Of a DNA stretch of 21,918 nt, positions 17,473 to 21,918 are shown piece by piece. Below the pieces are notes generated by a model. That model saw only the letters and a program-made list of their open reading frames with translations, searched no databases and was not told the DNA's origin. Every line of letters begins with the position of its first letter. Positions within the stretch are counted from its first letter, which is position 1. Source of the DNA: Methanobacterium sp. (GTDB lineage: Archaea > Methanobacteriota > Methanobacteria > Methanobacteriales > Methanobacteriaceae); contig PMWA01000028.1 in NCBI GenBank assembly GCA_003166335.1, positions 1 to 21,918 on the forward strand. Direction: 5' to 3'. Both the position numbers and the translations under genes were made by a program.

Positions 17473-18071
17473 ACTACCACCTTAGAACTTAAATCATAAT
17501 TATAACGTTGTTGTTCTTCAAATGGTCGTCCGTAAACTCGTTTAGTAACAGATGCTCGTGCAAATCCCTTCCTCATTTTCCTTTCCAATGTCTTCAGGGA
17601 ATTTATACGGAAATATATATTACCCATTTTAACTACGTCTCCAATCTTAAATTCGAAGTCAGGAGCCACTTCCACTTTTTGTGATAATATTCTTCCCCCA
17701 AAGTCAACTGAAATACCTACACGTGCAGGTATATCAATATAAGAAGCCCATATCGTTTCTAAATCTTTTACTGGACTTTTAAAGATCCTTCCTCCTCTCT
17801 TATTTTCAAGTGAAGTGATTTCAGCAGGTCGTTCATCCGCATCGATAAAACCTCCTACTTGGAGAATCTGATCTGGATCAACTTTTATGAAAGTTTTATG
17901 AGTTTTTTCAAATTCACTTACCACAACACGACAATCTAAAGGTTTCTCAATATTTACAATATCTCTAAAGATAGTTCCACATTCATTACATTTTAACAGT
18001 AATTCTTTGGATTTTTTACCTTTAGATTTCAATTCTTCGATTGATTTAGAGTTACAATTAGGACATTTCAT
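17469..18071 (-). CDS. HVO_0476-family archaeal zinc-finger protein
   Basis: MKCPNC...L.....LLKCNECG, VVVS, ITSLE, IWA, F.IG, KRVYG pattern; ATGA overlap with pcm. Confidence 0.8.
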   Translation of the reverse strand: MKCPNCNSKSIEELKSKGKKSKELLLKCNECGTIFRDIVNIEKPLDCRVVVSEFEKTHKTFIKVDPDQILQVGGFIDADERPAEITSLENKRGGRIFKSPVKDLETIWASYIDIPARVGISVDFGGRILSQKVEVAPDFEFKIGDVVKMGNIYFRINSLKTLERKMRKGFARASVTKRVYGRPFEEQQRYNYDLSSKVVV

Positions 18072-18254
18072 TTTATTTCTTTCCCTTATAAAAAAAATAA
18101 TGTTTATTTTTTTCTATAAAAATGATTTTTAATTTCTTAGCATTTCTTTATTACTATTTATTATTCAATAAATCTAAATGAATTTAAACCCTTAAAAAAA
18201 AAATTAATTTCCTTACTTAATATAAAGAATATTTATTTAAAAAAATGTAAAAAT

Positions 18255-18752
18255 TTAAAGAGTGAATTTACTTTTCTTTAAATAATGATTAACTAAACCA
18301 CCATCTTGGAGTATTTCAAGCATGAATCTTTTGAATGGCTGTATTTTAAAGGTTTTACCAGTGCTTTTATTTTTTATAAATCCATCTTCCAAGTTTACAC
18401 ATAATAATTCTCCTTTCTCAGCTTCAACATCAGCCACCACCACAGGTAAACCTACATTTATAGAGTTTCTATAGAATATCCTAGCAAATGATTTAGCAAT
18501 AATAATTGAGATACCTGCATGTTTCAAAGCTACGGGAGCTTGTTCTCGTGACGAACCGCAACCAAAATTCCAACCAGCCACTATCATATCTCCAGGCTCT
18601 ACATTCTCAGCGAATAATGGATCTTCTGCTTCCATCACATGAGCCGATAATTCATCCAAATCAAATGCCCTCAAATACCTTCCAGGAATAATTACATCAG
18701 TATCTATACTATCCCTGAATTTCCAGACTTTACCTTCCAATTTCCCGATCAT
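18255..18752 (-). CDS. hacB: Methanogen homoaconitase small subunit (LeuD/HacB family)
   Basis: [42 protein letters not shown]. The loop YLRA keeps the Arg of homoaconitase-type YLRT rather than the isopropylmalate-isomerase-type YLVY. Confidence 0.85.
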   Translation of the reverse strand: MIGKLEGKVWKFRDSIDTDVIIPGRYLRAFDLDELSAHVMEAEDPLFAENVEPGDMIVAGWNFGCGSSREQAPVALKHAGISIIIAKSFARIFYRNSINVGLPVVVADVEAEKGELLCVNLEDGFIKNKSTGKTFKIQPFKRFMLEILQDGGLVNHYLKKSKFTL

Positions 18753-18838
18753 TAAAATAACCTAATCACTTTTTTTTTAATGAAATAATTTTTTTTAAAT
18801 TATTTAAAAAAAAATAACATCAATAAAAATTTATAAAT

Positions 18839-19834
18839 TTATTTATTCTTTAAGATGGCACCAGAATTCTGGGCTTTAGATGAAATAATTTCACCTTCTT
18901 TATCTTGCATTAGACTTCGAGCAGTTCTACATATATCCTTACAATTAGTATCTGTAACAGCGTAAACTGTAGGTCCAAATGAACTTAATCCAACTCCTGA
19001 TGCACCTGCAGATCTCAAAGACTCAATCAAATAATTTGTGAATGAATTTTGAAGGTCGGATTCTATTTTTTTAAACCCAACTTTCTGTATAATATTAACA
19101 GCCTGCCCAAAAGCATCTAAATCTCCTTCAACCACCGCAGGCATCATCTTCATAAGTAGTATATGAGTTAATTTCTGCACTTCCACAAGAGGTATAGGAC
19201 AATACTCTTGGAATATATTAACCTCATGATCACCGGAAACCTTCCTCTCCGCCTGTGGAATGACTAATATTAAATTCCAATCCATAGGAAAATCATATTT
19301 AGCGAGTATTGGAGGTGGAGAAGCATTAGATGCAGATGAAGGTAAAAAATCCTGCTTAGACATTGTTTTATGACCACCATCTACAATGAAACCTCCCCTT
19401 TCAAAGGAAGCAACACCAATACCCGAAGTTCCGCCCCTACCCACTATTGCCGCGATTTCATGTGCAGGAAGATCCTGTTCATTAATCTTTAATATCAATT
19501 TAGCAACCGCTAACGATAATTGAGTACCTGAACCCAAACCTGAATGAGAAGGATAATATTCACGTACTTTGAAATGATAATTCTCATTTAAACCTAAAAA
19601 CTTGTTCATTCTAATAATTGCATTATTAATTTTAACTTGATAATCATTTAAAGTTTCACTATTTAGATTATGGGAATTAGTGAAAATTATCTTATTAGAC
19701 TCGTAACCTTTTTCAGCTTCCAGGATTAATTTAGGTTCCCTGATGGTGATACCCACACCACCATCAATTCGACCGTATTTACCATTCAAATCAATAAGGG
19801 TAACATGTAACCTGGAGGGAGTTTCAATTATCAT
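18839..19834 (-). CDS. mptG: Beta-ribofuranosylaminobenzene 5'-phosphate (beta-RFAP) synthase, methanopterin biosynthesis
   Basis: TPSRLH.TLIDLNG..GR.DGG.G, GHMP loop H.GLGSGTQL.LA, GRGGTSGIG, GGFIVDGGH, FLPSSAS, G.SSFGP. Confidence 0.94.
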   Translation of the reverse strand: MIIETPSRLHVTLIDLNGKYGRIDGGVGITIREPKLILEAEKGYESNKIIFTNSHNLNSETLNDYQVKINNAIIRMNKFLGLNENYHFKVREYYPSHSGLGSGTQLSLAVAKLILKINEQDLPAHEIAAIVGRGGTSGIGVASFERGGFIVDGGHKTMSKQDFLPSSASNASPPPILAKYDFPMDWNLILVIPQAERKVSGDHEVNIFQEYCPIPLVEVQKLTHILLMKMMPAVVEGDLDAFGQAVNIIQKVGFKKIESDLQNSFTNYLIESLRSAGASGVGLSSFGPTVYAVTDTNCKDICRTARSLMQDKEGEIISSKAQNSGAILKNK

Positions 19835-19849
19835 AACCTAATATAAAAC

Positions 19850-21334
19850 CTACTTTGAAATGTTTTTTAGGGGTTTTGAGAATTTATTCTCAATACCCTG
19901 CCTATAGAGGGAGTTCATAGCACAAAATGGTATTATTCTTCCATCAGGCACCGCATAATGAATCACACATTTTCTAACTCTATCATGATCAAAATTCCAA
20001 GGATCCATGAAATGCATGCAGGATATTAATAGACTTTTATGATGAAAAGCACCTAAAGCACTGTAAGATCGTTCTCTGAATACTTTAATTAATAAACTCT
20101 TAATATCCAATGATTCAGGCGTTTTAGATAAACTAATAGTTTTAGGCAACTCATAAGTGGCTCTAGCTAGAACCTTGGATTTAGCCACTAATCCGCCATG
20201 ATTTATATCATCAGTACTGTTAGCTAAGAGATTGAAGAATCGATCTACATCTATAAATTGTGATATAGGAATTAATTCATCTCCCTCAATAAAAATATAG
20301 GTTGCAGAACCGCAGTGCGGATGACAAGTGAAATCCACTTTAGGTTCGCCTTCCATTGCTTCAATGAATTCTGACACCGGAAAAACACTAGATGCAGGAT
20401 AGAAATCTTCTACCTTAATCTGAGATTCTGTTTGTTCCTCTACTAATTCTTCAAAATCAGACACTGTTATGCGTTGACTTTCCACTTCTTCACTAGGTGT
20501 TCTACCAGCAAAGGCTACTGGTTGGAAAACAATCCCTCTTATAACATCAATGTTATCGGCTGCAAATCTTATTATTTCTCCCACTTGATCATCGTTTATA
20601 CCTTTTATGAGAGTAGGGACTAATACGATTCCCATACCCGCTTTGCGGCAGTTCTCGATAGCTTCTAATTTAGTTGAGAGAATATTTCTGTTCCTTATTT
20701 TAATGTAAGGTTCCTCGGTTACACCATCAAACTGTAGATATACAGTGTTTAAACCAGCTTCCTTTAATTCTCCGGGGAGTTCCGGATTTAGGGCTAGTTT
20801 AATACCATTAGTGGCTATTTGGACATGAGTAAATCCCTCTTCCCTAGCTAGTTTAATCAAATCCACTAAATCTTTACGCATGGTTGGTTCACCGCCAGCA
20901 TATTGGATAGCTGGAGTGGGAACAGGTTCATTGTTCCTTAAATTTCTAAGCATTTGTCTTATTTCTTCATATGAAGGTTCATAAAGTTGTTTAGAAACCG
21001 CTGCATTAGCAAAACATACAGGGCAGCGGAGATTACAACGATTGGTAACATCTATCAGACCGAGAATGGTGTGACTTTCATGTTCTGAACATAACCCGCA
21101 GCTCGATGGGCAGTCTCCTTCAACGGATGTACGGGGGTTTTCAACGCCTTTACCTACGTAATCATAGTCCGAAGCTATATAGTATTTCTCACTACTGCTC
21201 CAGTAAGTGTTCTCAAATTTTCCGTGTTCTTTGCATTCTTTTCTTATCATTATCTTTCCCTGGTCTTCATAAACTTCTGCATCAACAATGTCAAGACACT
21301 CGGGACATAAACTTTTGGTTTTCTTTATAACCAT
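19850..21334 (-). CDS. tes: Tetraether lipid synthase (Tes / GDGT-MAS, MJ0619 family radical SAM)
   Basis: SLCPEC...C.EH N-terminal metal site, CPSSCGLC..H, TNRCNLRCPVCFA, GGEPT, YLQFDG, TCHPHCG, MHFMD..NFD..RV..C.IHY..PDG.IIPFC. The track's GTG at 21343 is part of the GGTGA RBS, so ATG 21334 is preferred. Confidence 0.92.
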   Translation of the reverse strand: MVIKKTKSLCPECLDIVDAEVYEDQGKIMIRKECKEHGKFENTYWSSSEKYYIASDYDYVGKGVENPRTSVEGDCPSSCGLCSEHESHTILGLIDVTNRCNLRCPVCFANAAVSKQLYEPSYEEIRQMLRNLRNNEPVPTPAIQYAGGEPTMRKDLVDLIKLAREEGFTHVQIATNGIKLALNPELPGELKEAGLNTVYLQFDGVTEEPYIKIRNRNILSTKLEAIENCRKAGMGIVLVPTLIKGINDDQVGEIIRFAADNIDVIRGIVFQPVAFAGRTPSEEVESQRITVSDFEELVEEQTESQIKVEDFYPASSVFPVSEFIEAMEGEPKVDFTCHPHCGSATYIFIEGDELIPISQFIDVDRFFNLLANSTDDINHGGLVAKSKVLARATYELPKTISLSKTPESLDIKSLLIKVFRERSYSALGAFHHKSLLISCMHFMDPWNFDHDRVRKCVIHYAVPDGRIIPFCAMNSLYRQGIENKFSKPLKNISK

Positions 21335-21354
21335 CAAAATCACCCATAATATTA

Positions 21355-21393
21355 TTTAATAGCTGTAACAATTACAAAATATCTTATTTTAAA
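21355..21393. promoter_or_regulatory. Divergent tes/carS promoter region with central palindrome TGTAA-N3-TTACA
   Basis: TTTAATAG (+) at 21355-21362, TTTAAAAT (-) at 21393-21386, palindrome at 21364-21376. Confidence 0.45.
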
Positions 21394-21406
21394 TCGGAGG
21401 TAAAAA

Positions 21407-21918
21407 ATGGACTTGACTGTTATCAGTGCTTTAACTTTAGCAGCATATGCTATATACTTTATGCTACCAGCATACCTTGCCAATGTTTCAGCATTAGCAT
21501 TTGGCGGTGGAAGACCATTGGATTTTAACCGTAATTTCACAGATGGCCGCAGATTGCTGGGAGATGGGGTAACTTGGAGAGGAACCATCATCGGGATTAT
21601 TATTGGTACTTTAATTGCAATTATTCAAGGCTTAATATTTATGTATTATGGCGACATATTCCTGATATTACCCGGATGGGTTACAATTCACGGAGTAATA
21701 CCTGCTAATTATCTTGATTGGATATTTTTAGGATTTGCACTCAGTGTAGGAGCATTACTGGGAGATGCTGCTGGAAGCTTTATAAAAAGAAGAATTAAAA
21801 TCGGAAGAGGAAGACCAGCACCCCTCTTGGATCAATTAGATTTTGTGGTAGGAGCATTAATTTTAGCTTCTTTAGTGGTGAATATACCTTTAAATTTGAT
21901 TATATTAATTATTATTTT
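21407..21918 (+). CDS. carS: CDP-archaeol synthase (CDP-2,3-bis-O-geranylgeranyl-sn-glycerol synthase), 3'-truncated by the window edge
   Basis: Not in the ORF track. My translation from ATG 21407 (GGAGGT RBS at 21396-21401): MDLTVI...MLPAYLAN.SALAFGGGRPLD......DGRRLLGDGVTWRG...ALLGDAAGSFIKRRIKIGRGRPAPLLDQLDF, the CarS (DUF46) signature; no stop before the window end. Confidence 0.95.
   Translation, partial: MDLTVISALTLAAYAIYFMLPAYLANVSALAFGGGRPLDFNRNFTDGRRLLGDGVTWRGTIIGIIIGTLIAIIQGLIFMYYGDIFLILPGWVTIHGVIPANYLDWIFLGFALSVGALLGDAAGSFIKRRIKIGRGRPAPLLDQLDFVVGALILASLVVNIPLNLIILIII

Noticed and set aside
18255..18752. Annotation as leuD (leucine pathway)
   Set aside because: The loop Arg (YLR) favours the homoaconitase small subunit, and no leu genes are adjacent. 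Not fully excluded without a phylogeny.
19850..21334. Annotation as MoaA-like or solely as methanopterin dimethyltransferase
   Set aside because: The N-terminal metal site and auxiliary Cys motifs match the MJ0619/Tes family, whose demonstrated activity is tetraether lipid synthesis, and carS is adjacent.
21352..21591. 79-aa minus-strand ORF upstream of tes
   Set aside because: It is the antisense shadow of carS, which has a clear RBS and family motifs on the + strand.

Overview
AT-rich archaeal chromosomal window. The gene content (HMf-family histone, cofH, beta-RFAP synthase, methanogen homoaconitase, tetraether synthase, CDP-archaeol synthase) points to a hydrogenotrophic methanogen, most likely Methanobacteriaceae (inference). 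Left part, + strand: 5'-truncated M50/CBS site-2 protease, elp3, deoC, a 2TM protein, a cyclophilin-like protein, a broken FtsX/MacB-type ABC permease (internal TAG plus 1-nt frameshift), an iron-sulfur flavoprotein with an internal duplication, DUF2284, and a MoxR/CoxD AAA + VWA pair. Middle: DUF2115, an acidic orphan, cofH divergent from a histone, a ytfJ-DUF2953-ytfJ-like trio, and tandem tRNA-Val(GAC)/tRNA-Phe(GAA). Right part, mostly - strand: zinc-ribbon proteins, mtaB, pcm, an HVO_0476-type zinc finger, hacB, mptG and tes, with carS (absent from the ORF track, 3'-truncated) divergent from tes. I found no CRISPR array, transposase or integrase. Most of the window is housekeeping. The best leads are the ytfJ trio, the tes/carS shared promoter with a centred palindrome, the flavoprotein duplication, a YLRA variant of the homoaconitase specificity loop, and a 16-bp repeat at two successive gene starts. 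All family calls come from motif recognition, not database searches.
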